Source: an uncultured Alphaproteobacteria bacterium
Lineage (GTDB): Bacteria; Pseudomonadota; Alphaproteobacteria; Rhizobiales; Rhodomicrobiaceae
Direction: 5' to 3'
NCBI GenBank assembly: GCA_963819665.1
Contig: CAWFXN010000005.1
Span: forward strand, 12,957 to 76,956
Length of the DNA stretch: 64,000 nucleotides
Part shown: positions 1 through 11,907 of the stretch, one piece after another
Layout of the letters: every line of letters begins with the position of its first letter
How positions within the stretch are numbered: position 1 is the stretch's first letter
Made by a program: the position numbers and the translations under genes
Notes under the pieces: generated by a model
What the model was told of the DNA's origin: nothing
Database searches by the model: none
What the model saw: only the letters and a program-made list of their open reading frames with translations

Positions 1-826
1 TTCCCTCCTGCTAAAGAGAAATGCCGCCCAGGCGAGAGGAATGATGATCCAGGCCGCGAGCGCCGCTGCAAGCACGGGCGTGCCGAAATAAACTTGCTTT
101 GAGAGGCCCGCCATGCCCGCGAACTGGCTCAGCTCCGAGAAGCCGGTGAAATTCAGAAGCCTGTAAACGTCGGTAGGATTAGCTATCAACAACACGTTCA
201 AGACTTCAGCGGTCATCACCTTGCCCTGGTCGGCGGCCAAGAGTCCGAGGAGCGCCATGTCGTAAATGAGCGCGAACAGCAGCCATAAGCCGATTGCAAT
301 CCCTCCCGCCGTGCGCGGGTCCCGCACCGAGGCGCTTGCGACGTAGCCAAGTGCGATGAAGACCATGCCGAGGCCAATGCTTGAGAGGATCATCACGGCG
401 AAAGCACCCCAGGCCGCCGGCTCGGCGGCCTCCGTTCCAAGCGCAAGCGCTGCGCCTCCAGCCCCATATCCGGCGACCGTCGCAACGGCGAGGATCGCGG
501 TTGCTCCCAGAAACTTGCCCGCAACCACGGCGCTGCGAGACACGGGGTAGGATAAAAGCAGCGCCATGGTGCCGCGCTCGAATTCGCCGGAGATGGCGTC
601 ATAGGAAATCAGGAGGGCGATGAGAGGCACGAGAAAAATCGTGAGGCTCGACAAGCCCACCACCGTCGCCTCCAGCGGGCTCGCCCCAACCGTGCCTGCC
701 GGCGCGCTGCCAAGCAGCGTCAGCGTCAGTGCAAGCGCGGTCATCAGCAAGGTTGTCGCGATGACCCAGCGGTTGCGCAAGCCCGTCGCGGATTTCCTTC
801 AAGGCGATGATGGCTGCGGCCCTCAT
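1..826 (-). CDS. nosY: NosY ABC transporter permease (3' end beyond window; apparent frameshift ~780)
   Basis: Starts MRAAAIIALKEIRDGL overlapping the nosF stop. Continues in another frame as RNRWVIATTLL...SLTIFLVPLIALLISYDAISGEFERGTMALLLSYPVSR..., a hydrophobic ABC-2-type permease. Canonical position after nosF. Confidence 0.9.
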
Positions 827-1752
827 TCGGCGGCCTCCGCGTAAAGGAAATGCGCGTATATGTCGTCGAGAGTGGGATCGATGATTTCAATGTCTGATAC
901 TGGCAGGCTTGTGTTCGCCACCTGTTTTAGCGCGGTTATCTTTTCGTTCTCGCGGCAGCAAAGTTCGAAGGTTCGCTCGCTCACACGGCGCCATTCAAGG
1001 CCGGCGCCAGCGATGCGCGGGAAAAAGGTGACCTGATCGCTATCGACGGTGACCTTGATCCGTACCGGCTGTTGCGCCTGCTGCCGAAGTTCGGCCAGGG
1101 TGCCGTCGGCGACCTTACGGCCCTGGTTCATGACCACGACCCGGTCCGTCTGCGTTTCAAGTTCCGTCAATGCGTGCGAGGACAGGAGAACCGTGGCGCC
1201 GTTCACGCTGAGTTCTTGTACGATGGTGTAGAACGTTTGCCTTAGCGCGGGATCCAGGCCGGTCGTAGGCTCGTCGAGTAATAGGACGCGAGGATTTCCA
1301 ATCAAGGCCTGCGCAAGCGCTAAGCGCTGCCGCATGCCCTTGGAATAGGTAGCGATGCGCCGGTGGGCGGCATACGCAATTCCCGTCCGCTTTAGAATTT
1401 CCTGGTTGGCGGACACGGGCTGGTGTTTGAGCCGGGCATAGAAGGCCAGCAGCTCTTCGCCTGTCATCGACGGCTGCAGCGCAACATGCTCCGGCAGATA
1501 ACCGATCTTGCTCCTGGTTTCTACCGCGGCGTGCGCGGAGGGATCCTTGCCCAGCACGCTGACCGTGCCCGCGCTGACCCCGATGAGCCCGAGCATCATC
1601 TTTATCAGCGTGCTCTTGCCGGCTCCGTTGTGCCCGACAAGCGCAACACGCTCACCTTCCCTTAGTTCGAGGCTGACGCCCTTTACAGCGGCAAGGCCGC
1701 CATAGCTCTTAGAAACCTCGCGAAGGCAGACGGTGATCGCGCTCATCGCCAC
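823..1752 (-). CDS. nosF: NosF ABC transporter ATP-binding protein
   Basis: Walker A GHNGAGKST, signature YSKGMRQR, Walker B LLLDEPT; lies between nosD and nosY. Confidence 0.93.
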   Translation of the reverse strand: MAMSAITVCLREVSKSYGGLAAVKGVSLELREGERVALVGHNGAGKSTLIKMMLGLIGVSAGTVSVLGKDPSAHAAVETRSKIGYLPEHVALQPSMTGEELLAFYARLKHQPVSANQEILKRTGIAYAAHRRIATYSKGMRQRLALAQALIGNPRVLLLDEPTTGLDPALRQTFYTIVQELSVNGATVLLSSHALTELETQTDRVVVMNQGRKVADGTLAELRQQAQQPVRIKVTVDSDQVTFFPRIAGAGLEWRRVSERTFELCCRENEKITALKQVANTSLPVSDIEIIDPTLDDIYAHFLYAEAAE

Positions 1753-3062
1753 TCTCCGCCTGCGAGCTTGGGCGCCCCGCTGAAAGCATTTGCGGCTTTA
1801 ATGGCAGGCGGCTTCATCAGCGGCGCTTTATCGATGACACCGCCAGGATGGAGGCCAGGGAATTGCGATTGCGCCCAGCGCACAACCTGGGTGGCCGGGC
1901 TATTGAGAAGCAGCTTGGCGGCGGGGTAGCGCCATATGATCTGGTCGATGATATCGTTCGGCCTATAGGCCTCGTCGGCGATGCCATCGCCATTGAGATC
2001 GAAGGCTGGGTTGTCGCTCCAATAATTCCCGCGGCCCTTCTCAGACCAGTTCAAAAAGCGGGTGCCCACATACATGACCTGGGTTTGGTTACCGATAAAG
2101 GCATTGTCCGACATGGCGTTGCCTTCCGAACCTGCCGTGAAATGGATGCCGAGACTGGCAGCCCTCGAACCAATTGCCGTGAAACTTGTTCTTGTTGGCG
2201 TTATAGATAAAGAGGCATTTTTCGGCGCCGCGCACTGCATTGCCGGAAATGTCCGAGCCGTTCGCGAAGTTAAAAAGAAGCCCGTGATCGCGGTCACCAT
2301 CCGACACATTGTTCCGGATTTTGAGGCGGGCCGAATACATAATCACATAGCCGGCGTGATTGCCGATGGAGATATTATCGCTAACCTCGCTATCGTTGGT
2401 GTACATATAGTGGATGGCAAATCTCACGCCGTGCAGGCGATTGCGGGCGAACACATTGTTGCGGCTGCCGTTTGTGAAAATTCCGTCGCGTCCGCCTGTG
2501 ATGTCGTTGTCCTCAACCTTGGTTCCCGGCGCGTTCCACAAGTACACGCCATTGCCGCAATCGTTGATATGCGGGAGAACGCGGCCGGCGATCCGGTTGC
2601 GCCTTACCACGAGCATCGTGTGCTCCGTGCACATAGACGCCGACGAGATTGTCCTCGATCACGCTATCCTCGACTGTCCCGCCGCTTGCCGTCTCGCTCA
2701 GGAACACGCCAGCATGCATTTGGTCGAGGGCCATGCCGGAGCCGGTAATCCGTAAGTGACGGATTGACACGCCCGGCGCTGTGATCTCAATCGTACGCCC
2801 CACGCCATGCCCATCGACAATCGCGCCGTCTTCTCCTTCGATCGTGAGCGCCTTCTCAATCAGAACGGGCCCATCATAGAGTCCCGCGCTTGAGTTTCAA
2901 TACATCTCCCGCGGCGGCGTCCATTATGGCGCGCGCCAGTTCGCTACGCCCCGGGGCGACCTCGGTTACCGCAGCACTGGCTGGCGGCGCGCTAAGAGGG
3001 ATGCTGGCGGCGAAGGCCGCCGCCAGCAATCCAGGTGTTGAAAGCTTAAGAATTGTTTTCAC
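1743..3062 (-). CDS. nosD: NosD periplasmic copper-maturation protein (beta-helix); three apparent frameshifts (~2880, ~2625, ~2155)
   Basis: GTG start overlaps the nosZ stop (GTGA 3062-3059). Signal peptide, then fragments [62 protein letters not shown] and LLLNSPA spread over four ORF pieces. Confidence 0.93.
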
Positions 3063-4976
3063 ACGCTTCTCGGCTCTACGATCATGCGCCCCGACATTTC
3101 CATATGCAGGGCATGGCAGAACCACTGACAATAGTACCAGTGCACTCCGGGCCTATCGGCAGTGAACGTCACGGACGACGTCTGGTGAGGTGAGATTTCC
3201 ATCGCGATCCCATACCGGACGATTGTGAAGCCGTGGGTGAGGTCTTCCACATCGTCGAGATTGGTGATGGTGACGGTGACTTCATCCCCCTCCTTGACCG
3301 TGAACATGTCCAGACTATAAGCCGGCGCGGTCGAGGTCATGTAGACGCGGACCTTGTTGCCGTCGCGAATGACATGCTGCGCTTCATCGAGCTTGACCCC
3401 GTCCTTCTCGGCCTGGCGCCTTATGTCGTCCCACATGGGGTCGTCGCGCTTCCAGATCATGATCGGGTTCACCTTGGAGCGGTGAACGAGGAGGCAGTCA
3501 TGCGGCTCGGCGAAACTTGGGCCGTCGTGAACGAGTTTCATCTCGTCTCCGGAGATGTCGATGAGCTGGTCGTTCTCCGGATGCAGCGGCCCCACCGGCA
3601 AGAACCTGTCCTTGGAGAACTTGTTCAACGACAACAGCCACTTGCCGTCGGCTTCCTTAGTCTCGCCCATGCTGCTGTGGTTGTGCCCGGGCTGATAGTG
3701 CACGTCAAGCTTCTGAACGATCGGATCGACCTTCTCGCCCTTATAGGCCCGGCGCGCCTTATCGATATTCCACTTGCATATCTGGCTGTCGAGGAAGGTG
3801 GTCGTATAGGCGTTGCCCCTGCCGTCGAACGCAGTGTGTAGCGGGCCAAGGCCGACCTCTGGCTCGGCCACAATAACGTCGCGCGGCTTGATTTTGTCGT
3901 CGAACAGATCGTCGAACAGCCCCACATCGAGCAGCGCCACATGCGGCGCCAACTTGCCGGCGATCGCAAGATGGATGCCGTCCGGCGCCATGTTGCAGCC
4001 ATGCGGGTTGTTCGACATGGGGACATACCTTGTATAGGGCTGTCCGTGACGCCCGTCGACGACCTTCACGCCACTAATCGTCTTGTAGTCGCCTTTGCGG
4101 ATTGCCTCCTCGATGCGCTTGATACTGAAGATGACGGCCCAGTCCTGCTCCGCGGAGTACATTCCTGCCGGTAACACGGCTTTCTCCGAGTTGTAGCAGG
4201 TCGAGAACGCGTATTTTCCTTGATAGTCGGCATCGCAATTGTCGAGATTGCCGTCGACCAGGACTTGCCAGGCGACCTCCATCTTGTCGCCGTCGATGGC
4301 CGTGAACACCGACCAATATTTCTCCGGCTCGTCGAGGATCTTTGCCGTCGTTCGGGATCGGGATGCAGTGTTCGCTATTGGCGAATACGTAGCCCGTGCG
4401 CGGGACTTTCTGCGGTCGCATACCGTGGACGTCGGATGCATTGGGGATTTCGATGATCTTGTCGCATTTCATCACGTCGCAGCGGATGCGGGCGACGCGG
4501 CAGTTGGCCTTGTCGTTCACGAATATATAGCGGCCGTCATAGGTGCCGTCCGTGAACGACATATGCGGATGGTGCAAATCGCCGTTCATGAAGGTTCCGC
4601 CGCGATTGGCGAGGAACTTGCGGGTCTCCGGCCTCAAGCCTTCGGTGAGGATCTTGAGGCTCTCATTGGTCAAACCCCACCCGGTCGCGCTGCAGCGATT
4701 GAACACCGGAATGCGCATGAACTCTCTCATCGAGGGGAGCCCGAGGATGCGCACCTCGCCTGTCTGGCCGCTGCTGTTAAAGGCGTAATATTCGTCGAGG
4801 TCGCCAGGCTTCACCTCGGTGCTGTGGGCGGCAGACCTTGTTTGCGCCTTGGCGGTGGCCACAAACTCGGCGGCGGTCATGCCGCCAACCGTGCCCACAA
4901 CGCCGGCTGCCCCGGCAATCGTCGCGGTTCCTAGTAAGCCGCGTCGGCTTATACCCTTATCATTCTCTTCGGACAT
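3059..4976 (-). CDS. nosZ: Nitrous-oxide reductase, clade I, Tat-exported (apparent frameshift ~4350)
   Basis: Tat signal SRRGLL. CuZ His motifs DLHHPH, HGMRPQ, NPHG, GPLH, GHNH and EPHD. CuA site ...THGF...[12 protein letters not shown]. Confidence 0.97.
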
Positions 4977-5017
4977 GGTCTTCCTCCCTTTCCTGGCCGG
5001 GCGATACCGACGCCGGT

Positions 5018-7265
5018 TCAGTCCTGCTGCTGGCGGCGGGCAATCTCGGATGCGCGGACGTGCGATTTGTCCGGCAACATGCTTGGCGATGCCGTCGCCA
5101 TTCGCTTTTCTCGCTTCAACCGCCGCTGGATCATAACGGGACACTTGTAGGCGTGGTGATAGAGCATCTGGCAGTGCATGCACTGGATGCATTCGTTGGG
5201 ATTGATGTGTCCTTCGGGGTGGATGGCCTGCACGGGGCATTCATTCCCGCAGCGCTGGCAGGGATTGCCGCATTCCCGGTAGCGCCTGAGCCAGTCGAAC
5301 ATGCGCATGCGCGCCGGAATCGCGAGAGCTGCTCCGAGCGGGCAAACATAGCGGCAATAAAACCGCTCGATGAAGAGTCCCGGAGCGAGCACTGCGAGTG
5401 CGAACAGCACGAATGGCCAATGCCGCGCGAAGTGGAGGATAATTGCGGTCTTGAACGGCTCAACCTCCGCCGCTTCCTCGCCAAGGGAGAGAGAATAGAG
5501 CGATAGGCCGAACAGAAGCATAAAGATCATGTACTTGATCGGCCACAGGCGTTGATGCACCCCAAAGGGAACCTGGATTTGCGGCAGGCGCAGAGCCTTG
5601 GCGACGCGGTTCAAGAGTTCCTGCAGCGCGCCGAACGGGCAAAGCCATCCGCAAAAAGCGCCGCGCCCCCAGAATAACATCGATGCCGCGACCCCGAACC
5701 ATAGAATAAAGATTAGCGGATCGATGAGGAAGTAATCCCAGCGGAAATCTGTGCGAAGCGCATTTACGAAGGTGAGGACATTGACAACGGATAGCTGCGC
5801 GTGGACGTACCATCCGATCCAAAACAGCGTGAAGGTCAAAAAACCAAGTCTCACGCGATCGTAAAGCACCGGCCGGCGCACGAGGAAATCTTGGAAGAAA
5901 AAGATGGTGGTGAGGAAGAGGAGCGCGGCGCACAGGATGACGATATCAACCACCCGGTTGCGCCACACGCGGACCCAAAGCGGCTCTGGAGCAGGTTCGG
6001 CCGCCTCAATTGCGGCAGACGGCGCCGCTTGTTTGCCATTGGCGGATGCGCCCGCCTCCGGCACAGCAACCGTGACGGCCGGCTTCTCCACGGTCAGATA
6101 TTTGTCTGGAAGCGCGTAGTTGAGATCGTAGGTCAGAAACGCCTTGTCCCTGCCCCCAATAGCCCTTTGTACGAGAAGTTTGAGGCGCCAGGGCGCTGCG
6201 GGATCGAAGCTCTCGGTCGCCGGAATGGTAAAAAGGGCAATCTCGGGAAATTCCGGCGCGTCCCTCCGCCATGATATCACCGAGCCGCACATGATCGCGG
6301 TCATGGAAGCGGATGCTATTCTCGCCCTGGACCAATTGAATCCGGTCGAAGATGCCGCCCCGGACATAGCCCGAGCCCTTGAATGAGTAGCGGCCTTTAC
6401 CCGCGACGATGATGGCCTGCTGGCCCGGTTTAAGCCGCTGCTTAAGCTGGTTATAGCCGACATCGCCAAGCAGGCTTCGGCCTATCGAGGGGACTGTGGC
6501 GAGAGCGGCATAAAGGTCGATGAAGCTGTCGCTTGCAGGCCCTTGCTCGGGTTGTTCGGCGGCGGCCGCATTCCCGGATTTGGCGAAAGCGTCGTTGATC
6601 TCGCCGAGAGTGATCGACATGCGGCCGATGGAGCCGTCCGCCAAAAGCGCATTCCAATCCTCGGACTGGTTGTAGGCGTCGTTGATCTTCTTAACGGCGG
6701 CTGGCGCCGCAGGGGCCAGCGCGGCGAGCGCAGTGCCGAGCCCTCTGGAGCGCGCAATGCGAATGGCCGAGCGCATGAGGCTATCCGCGATCACCATGAC
6801 GGTAACCGTCGCGCCGCTTATGATGTCGACGGGCGGGGCAGCGTTGTTGACAGGAGGTGTCTCAAGGAAATTGTGCCCAATGTAACCTTCGAGGAAGGCG
6901 GTGATTTTGGCGGGCGGGATCCCGACCAATACGATAGGTTCGTGATGCTCGGCAAGTTGCAGGCCTACGATCTTGCCATTGAGATCGATCCCCACCACGA
7001 TATTGATCGGTTTGCCCGAATAGCCGGTCGAGTTCACAACGTCGGCGTTGAGGTAAACATAACCGAGGAGGCGATCTCCCCCGAAAGCGGCGGCTGCAGG
7101 CGGGTTGCCTTCGACGGGGCCGAACCGGTTGGCGCCGGGAAAAATTTGCCCCGGCTCGAATTTTTTGAGGAACTCCGGTAATCGGCTCTCCGCGGCGCTC
7201 ACCGGGCGCACGTCAATACCCGCGAGCACCACTATCAGCGTGAACGCTCCGAGGAGCCGGAACAT
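5018..7265 (-). CDS. nosR: NosR membrane flavo-iron-sulfur protein (apparent frameshift ~6270)
   Basis: FMN-binding motif DIISGATVT, GSGYVRGGIFDR, FCGWLCPFGALQEL, FYCRYVCPLG and C-terminal CGNPCQRC...C / CIQCMHC ferredoxin motifs; directly upstream of nosZ. Confidence 0.95.
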
Positions 7266-7373
7266 TGCTACGACGCAGCTCACGATCGCCTTTCTGTAAA
7301 TGAATAGATACTTACAACCCACGGCGGTCGATCGCCTGCAGTGCTCAAATTTCTAGGATTTCGTCAAAACGGT

Positions 7374-7390
7374 CTTTGCTGTAGCGCAAA
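7374..7390. promoter_or_regulatory. NnrR/DNR-type (FNR-family) binding site CTTTGCT-GTAG-CGCAAA
   Basis: TTG-N8-CAA core at 7376-7389 resembling the NnrR consensus CTTTGCG-N4-CGCAAAG. Located in the divergent nosR / ferritin-like gene intergenic region, with an NnrR-like gene ~1.1 kb away. Confidence 0.75.
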
Positions 7391-7479
7391 TAAGCTCTAA
7401 AATTTCTCGACTACACTGGTCCGTGATGTAACCAGACGCCAAAACCGAAAAGGTTAAGCTTAGCAAAACGGACAAACAC

Positions 7480-8379
7480 ATGGCCAAGCTGAAAACAATG
7501 CCACCGCTCCTCGGTTCCGCGGACGAGCTAATGGCGATGTCGCATGCGCTTGAGAAGGAAGCCGCCTCCCGCTATCGCGATCTCGCCGCGCGGATGCGTT
7601 TGCGGCAAGAACAAAAGCTCGCCGGGTTGTTTGAATTCCTGGCGTCCATTGAGGAGAAACACGCAGCGCATATCGCCGCGCGTGCATTGGAGGCCATGGG
7701 CAAACCGGTTGATCCTGCGCGCATCTCTTGGGAAATGCCCGAGAATTTCGACGAGGAAGAAGGCAGTTCGCGTGTGCTCACTCCTTACAGGGCGTTGGCG
7801 ATTGCTGTGAGGAACGAAGAGCGGGCATTCGCCTTCTATAGCTACGTCGCCGCGCAGGCCCGCGAGGAGTTGATGCGCAAGCTTGCCGAAGAGCTTGCGA
7901 AAGACGAGTTGGAGCACGCTTTTCTTCTTCGGCGCGAGCGAAGGAAGGCCTATCGCGAGAAGGGCAGGCCGGAAGCCTCCCAACTCCCAGCGAGCGCTGA
8001 AGAACTCTATGCTCTTGGCGCCGAAGCGGAATGGCAAGCCGCGGCCTATCATCAGGCTCTCGATGAAATCCTCTCCATCCGGGATGCAGAGCCTTCTAAT
8101 TTTGGTGTTGTCGCCTCAGATGAGGCGAGTTGCGCGCGGGATTTGGCGAGCCGGATTGGATTGCAGCTTAAGGAGAGCAGCCCTCCGGATGATGCAGAAA
8201 TTGAGCAAGGCATGAGGCTTCTCGAGGAAGTTTTCGACCGCTATGCCGATATTGCCGAGCGTTCGAAGGATGAAAAGGTGGTGCAAGCGGCTCAAATGCT
8301 CGCCGAGCGGGCGGTGCGACGGTTGAGCCTTGTTCACGGATCGCGAGCGAACTCACTTCTCGAAGGGCAGCGGGGTTGA
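7480..8379 (+). CDS. Rubrerythrin/ferritin-like diiron protein with two tandem four-helix domains
   Basis: Domain 1 has E..A...Y / ExxH pairs (LEKEAASRY...SIEEKH; NEERAFAFY...KDELEH). Domain 2 repeats the spacing but lacks the His ligands (DEASC, ERAVRR). Confidence 0.8.
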   Translation: MAKLKTMPPLLGSADELMAMSHALEKEAASRYRDLAARMRLRQEQKLAGLFEFLASIEEKHAAHIAARALEAMGKPVDPARISWEMPENFDEEEGSSRVLTPYRALAIAVRNEERAFAFYSYVAAQAREELMRKLAEELAKDELEHAFLLRRERRKAYREKGRPEASQLPASAEELYALGAEAEWQAAAYHQALDEILSIRDAEPSNFGVVASDEASCARDLASRIGLQLKESSPPDDAEIEQGMRLLEEVFDRYADIAERSKDEKVVQAAQMLAERAVRRLSLVHGSRANSLLEGQRG

Positions 8380-8504
8380 TCGCAGCGGGCCGATGACGCG
8401 CGCCGCCTTACGGCGCGTTCCCGATAACGAATATGAGGAGATCAATGGCCGGACAACATTCTACCGGCAAATCATCGCCGATCTGGTCCGCAAAGGAAAA
8501 AGCT

Positions 8505-9220
8505 TTGACGGGCCGGCTCGACAGAACGCTCATTGCGGGCCTCGACGCCTTCGAGGGCTTATCCGAGGAGGATTTCCGTTACCTCCTGAGCCATGCTCGC
8601 GTGCGCCGTTGCGAAAAGAACGAAATAGTGTTCCGGCAGGGCACGCAGGCAGATGCTTTTTTCGTATTGCTTGACGGCCATGTGAAGGCTTTTCAGACGA
8701 CATCCGAAGGGCAGCAGGTCATTCTTCGCTTCGTGATCCCAGGCGAGATATTCGGCTTCGCCGTGGCCATTGGACTGCGCGAATATCCTGGGACGGCGAT
8801 CGCCCTTACCGAATGCGTCGTGCTTGTCTGGGAACAAGCCTTTTGGCATGCCCTGATATCGCGCTGTCCCTGCGTCACACAGAATGTGCTGCGGACTGTC
8901 GGCCACCGGCTGATTGAGCAACAAACCCGTGTGCGCGAATTGGCCACAAAGCGCGCCGAGGCGCGCATCGCTCATGTGCTGTTGCGTTGCGTCAAAGACG
9001 CCGGGAATGAGGTCGCGGGCGGTGTCGAGATCGCCTTCCCTATCACTCGCCAGGACCTCGCCGAGATAACGGGCACTACTCTCTTCACCGTAAGCCGGGC
9101 GATAAGCGCCTGGGACAGGCCGGCCTTGTCGAGGCTGGACGCCAACATATTCTCGTGCGGGATACCTTGGGGCTTGCACAGATTGCAAGAGGCGCCGTCG
9201 CCGCTGCAAGCAAGAAGTAG
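8505..9220 (+). CDS. nnrR: Crp/Fnr-family regulator, NnrR-like (apparent frameshift ~9117)
   Basis: TTG start after an AAGGA SD. LDRTLI..., cNMP-fold PGEIFGFAVAI...YPGTA, HTH FPITRQDLAEITGTTLFTVSR. The shifted tail reads QAGLVEAGRQHILVRD...KK* (TAG 9218-9220). No N-terminal FNR Cys cluster. Confidence 0.8.
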
Positions 9221-9256
9221 CGCCTTCACGCCGGCTCCAGATCTCTCCTTCCCATT

Positions 9257-10790
9257 TCACGACCAGAAGCGGCCAAGAGACTTGAGCCGGCGCCACTCTT
9301 CTTGTGCATGCGTCCAGGCTTCGGCCGCCTTTTCTTCGTGCGTACCGAGCACGATGCCGGCTGCAATGGCGCAGTCCGGCCCTTCGCCATGCTCGGTCGC
9401 GATGGCGCGGATCTGCTCGGCCATCCCGACGTCGTTCACATAGCCAAACACGTCCTGCAACGTCTTCAGTTGCTTCACGAAGGGCTTGACCTCTTTGCTC
9501 GAAAAAAGCGGCGCGAAGAACTCGGTCATATACCGAAGCTTCTTCAGGGAGCGGCGCATCTTATGCTTCTCGTCAGGGTCGAGACGATCGATGGCGCGGC
9601 CGCGACTCGCCACCTTCTTCCAGCGCCTTTGCAGGGCCTTCCTCGCGTAGTCTTCGATGGAGCGCCGCTGAAGGGACGGGTCTGTTTCGAGCATGGCCGG
9701 CCAAAGGACCAGGCTCAAGAGCAGTCGCGACCACCGCTCGCTTCGAAGGCTCTGACGCGCCGACTCCTGCTTGGCCGCGCGGTGAGCCTGGAGCGCGCGC
9801 AAAAGCGCATCAAACCCTTGCTGATCCGGAACGGCGCCTGCAACGGGAGCGTATATGTCTTCGATGAGAACGTCCGCGTCCCTGAGTTCCCCCACAGCGC
9901 GGGCTATTGCGCGGGCGTCGTCTTCGAGCTGATGAAAGGCTGGCGTATCCAGGAGCGGCTCCAAGGCCCGGTGCGCGGCGCGAAGACGGGTCAGGCCCAC
10001 GCGCAACTGATGCGACGCCCTCGGCTATATCCGTTTCGAGCGTCACGGTCCTGTTCCAGATAATTTGCTCTCGCGCCGAGCGGAAAATTTCGGCGAAAGC
10101 TGCGCCGCAAGTCTGGCCGGGTTTTATACTTGCTGGCTTGGCCTTCGCCGGCGCCAAATCAGGGATCGCCTCAGGCATTTTAAGGAGAAGGCGATAACCC
10201 CGTTCCGCCTTGCTCATCGGCGACAAATGCACGGCCTGATCGGCGAAAAGCTCCTGGGTGATTCCGAGGAGCGCCTTTGGATCGCCCTCGATGAGCTCGA
10301 ACTCCGCCTCGCGGATCGGCTCCTTTCTTCTTTTGGCGCGCGCCTCGCCTCGATCCAAAGCAAGCTCAACGACGCCGCCTCCCGTCTCCAGTTTGTAGGA
10401 GGTCCGCGTTATGACAGTTTCGAAAGCCCGCATCAGAGAGGAGCCGTTCAGCGCCCCGGAAAGCTTGCGGCGCAGGCCTTTGTCGCTGATGAGCTTGAGA
10501 TCGGGCTCGGGACCGGCGACTGGCGCCTCAACCTCTATCGGGTTGGAAAGCCCATCCTTGAATCGGGCGTCCGCTTTGACGGTCTGGACGAAACCCGCGC
10601 CATCATTGCGGACCCGCAGCGCCATCCCAAGATCACGGAGCCGAAGATCGGGCGTATCATAGTAGACGGACTTCAGGACTTTCTCCGACCGCTCGAGCTG
10701 GGGGTCGGATAGCCTGGGATGGGCGATAAGACGCTTGAAATCATCCTCGGACAAGGCGAGCTTGAGTTCGAATTCACGGTTCGCGAGCAT
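9257..10790 (-). CDS. CYTH + CHAD domain protein (inorganic triphosphatase YgiF-like; apparent frameshift ~10015)
   Basis: N-terminal EFELK (ExExK), YYDTPD, EAEFEL and SKAERGY. CHAD motifs (H)Q.RV...RLR, HKMRRSLKKLRY and LQDVFGYVND. Confidence 0.88.
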
Positions 10791-10902
10791 GGTGGCACTG
10801 CCGATGGGGCCTCCAGGATAACATATCTGATTGAATTGGGGGCGCCAAATCCCCGAGAAGACCGGGAATAATGGCCGAACAGGCGCGCAGCGCCGCTTCC
10901 TA

Positions 10903-11799
10903 TCAGAGTTTGAAACGCACGGGTAAGAGTTCGCAGGCCAGCGCGACAAAGCATTTCACTTTGGCCTGCGGCAGCCTTCCCTGGCGGTGCAGCACATTCA
11001 CCGGAACGCCCGGACCCTCGAAGTCCTCAAGCACCAGCCGAAGCCTTCCTTCCGCGATGGCGTCCTTGACCTGATAGGACAGCACGCGCGCGAGTCCGAT
11101 TCCGGCGATAGCGGCATCGACGGCGGCTTCCGCAGTATTGACGCTGAGACGGGAATGGATGCGCACGCGCTGCGCCCTCTTAGGCCCTGAGAAGGACCAG
11201 CGGGCGCCCGTTTCAAGACCTGAAAAGACGATGCAATCGTGCTTGCTTACGTCGCGAGGGACGGTAGGCTCGCCCCGGGCCTGAAGATAAGCAGGGCTTG
11301 CGCAAACGACGTTGCGGACGGTTCCGGCCTGACGGGCGACCATGGCCGAGTCTGGAAGAGCTCCGATGCGGACCCCCACGTCGATGCTTTCATCGACGAG
11401 ATCGATCACGCGGTCAGCAAGCACCATTTTCACCGAGACGCCGGGATATTGCCGCAAATAGTGCAACACCACAGGCAGGACATGCAGCCGCCCGAAGACC
11501 ACAGGAGCTGTGAGCGCCAGCTCGCCGCATGGCGCATCATCCTTGCCTGCAAGCCGGGCCTCCGCGGCCTCCAGCTCGCTCAGGATACTTCGGCAGGTTT
11601 CGAGATAGTCGCGGCCCGCATCTGTCAATGCGAGCTGTCGCGTGGTGCGGACCATCAGCGGCGCGCCCACATGCTTCTCAAGGGCCGCCAGTTGCCTGCT
11701 CAGCGTCGTGAGCGGAACGCCAAGCTTCCGGCTCGCCGCGGACAAGCTGCCCGCTTCGGCGACGGAGGCGAAGATTTGCATGGCTCGCAGCCGGTCCAT
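10903..11799 (-). CDS. LysR-family transcriptional regulator (CrgA-like)
   Basis: MDRLRAMQIFASVAEAGSLSAASRKL...LMVRTTRQLALTDAG HTH plus substrate-binding domain; divergent from the GST gene. Confidence 0.92.
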   Translation of the reverse strand: MDRLRAMQIFASVAEAGSLSAASRKLGVPLTTLSRQLAALEKHVGAPLMVRTTRQLALTDAGRDYLETCRSILSELEAAEARLAGKDDAPCGELALTAPVVFGRLHVLPVVLHYLRQYPGVSVKMVLADRVIDLVDESIDVGVRIGALPDSAMVARQAGTVRNVVCASPAYLQARGEPTVPRDVSKHDCIVFSGLETGARWSFSGPKRAQRVRIHSRLSVNTAEAAVDAAIAGIGLARVLSYQVKDAIAEGRLRLVLEDFEGPGVPVNVLHRQGRLPQAKVKCFVALACELLPVRFKL

Positions 11800-11907
11800 C
11801 GCATCCTTCCATTTTGCGGGAGAAACCTTGCCAAACTTAACGGCTAATTCTCGAAGCGCGAAAGGATTATGATCGCATGTTGCGCGAGAGCACATCGGAG
11901 GAAAGAT

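Noticed and set aside
1-9220. nos cluster as a decaying pseudogene island
   Set aside because: The same type of indel hits essential lpxK and nadD, and all Cu, FMN and Fe-S motifs are intact, so sequencing error is the simpler explanation.
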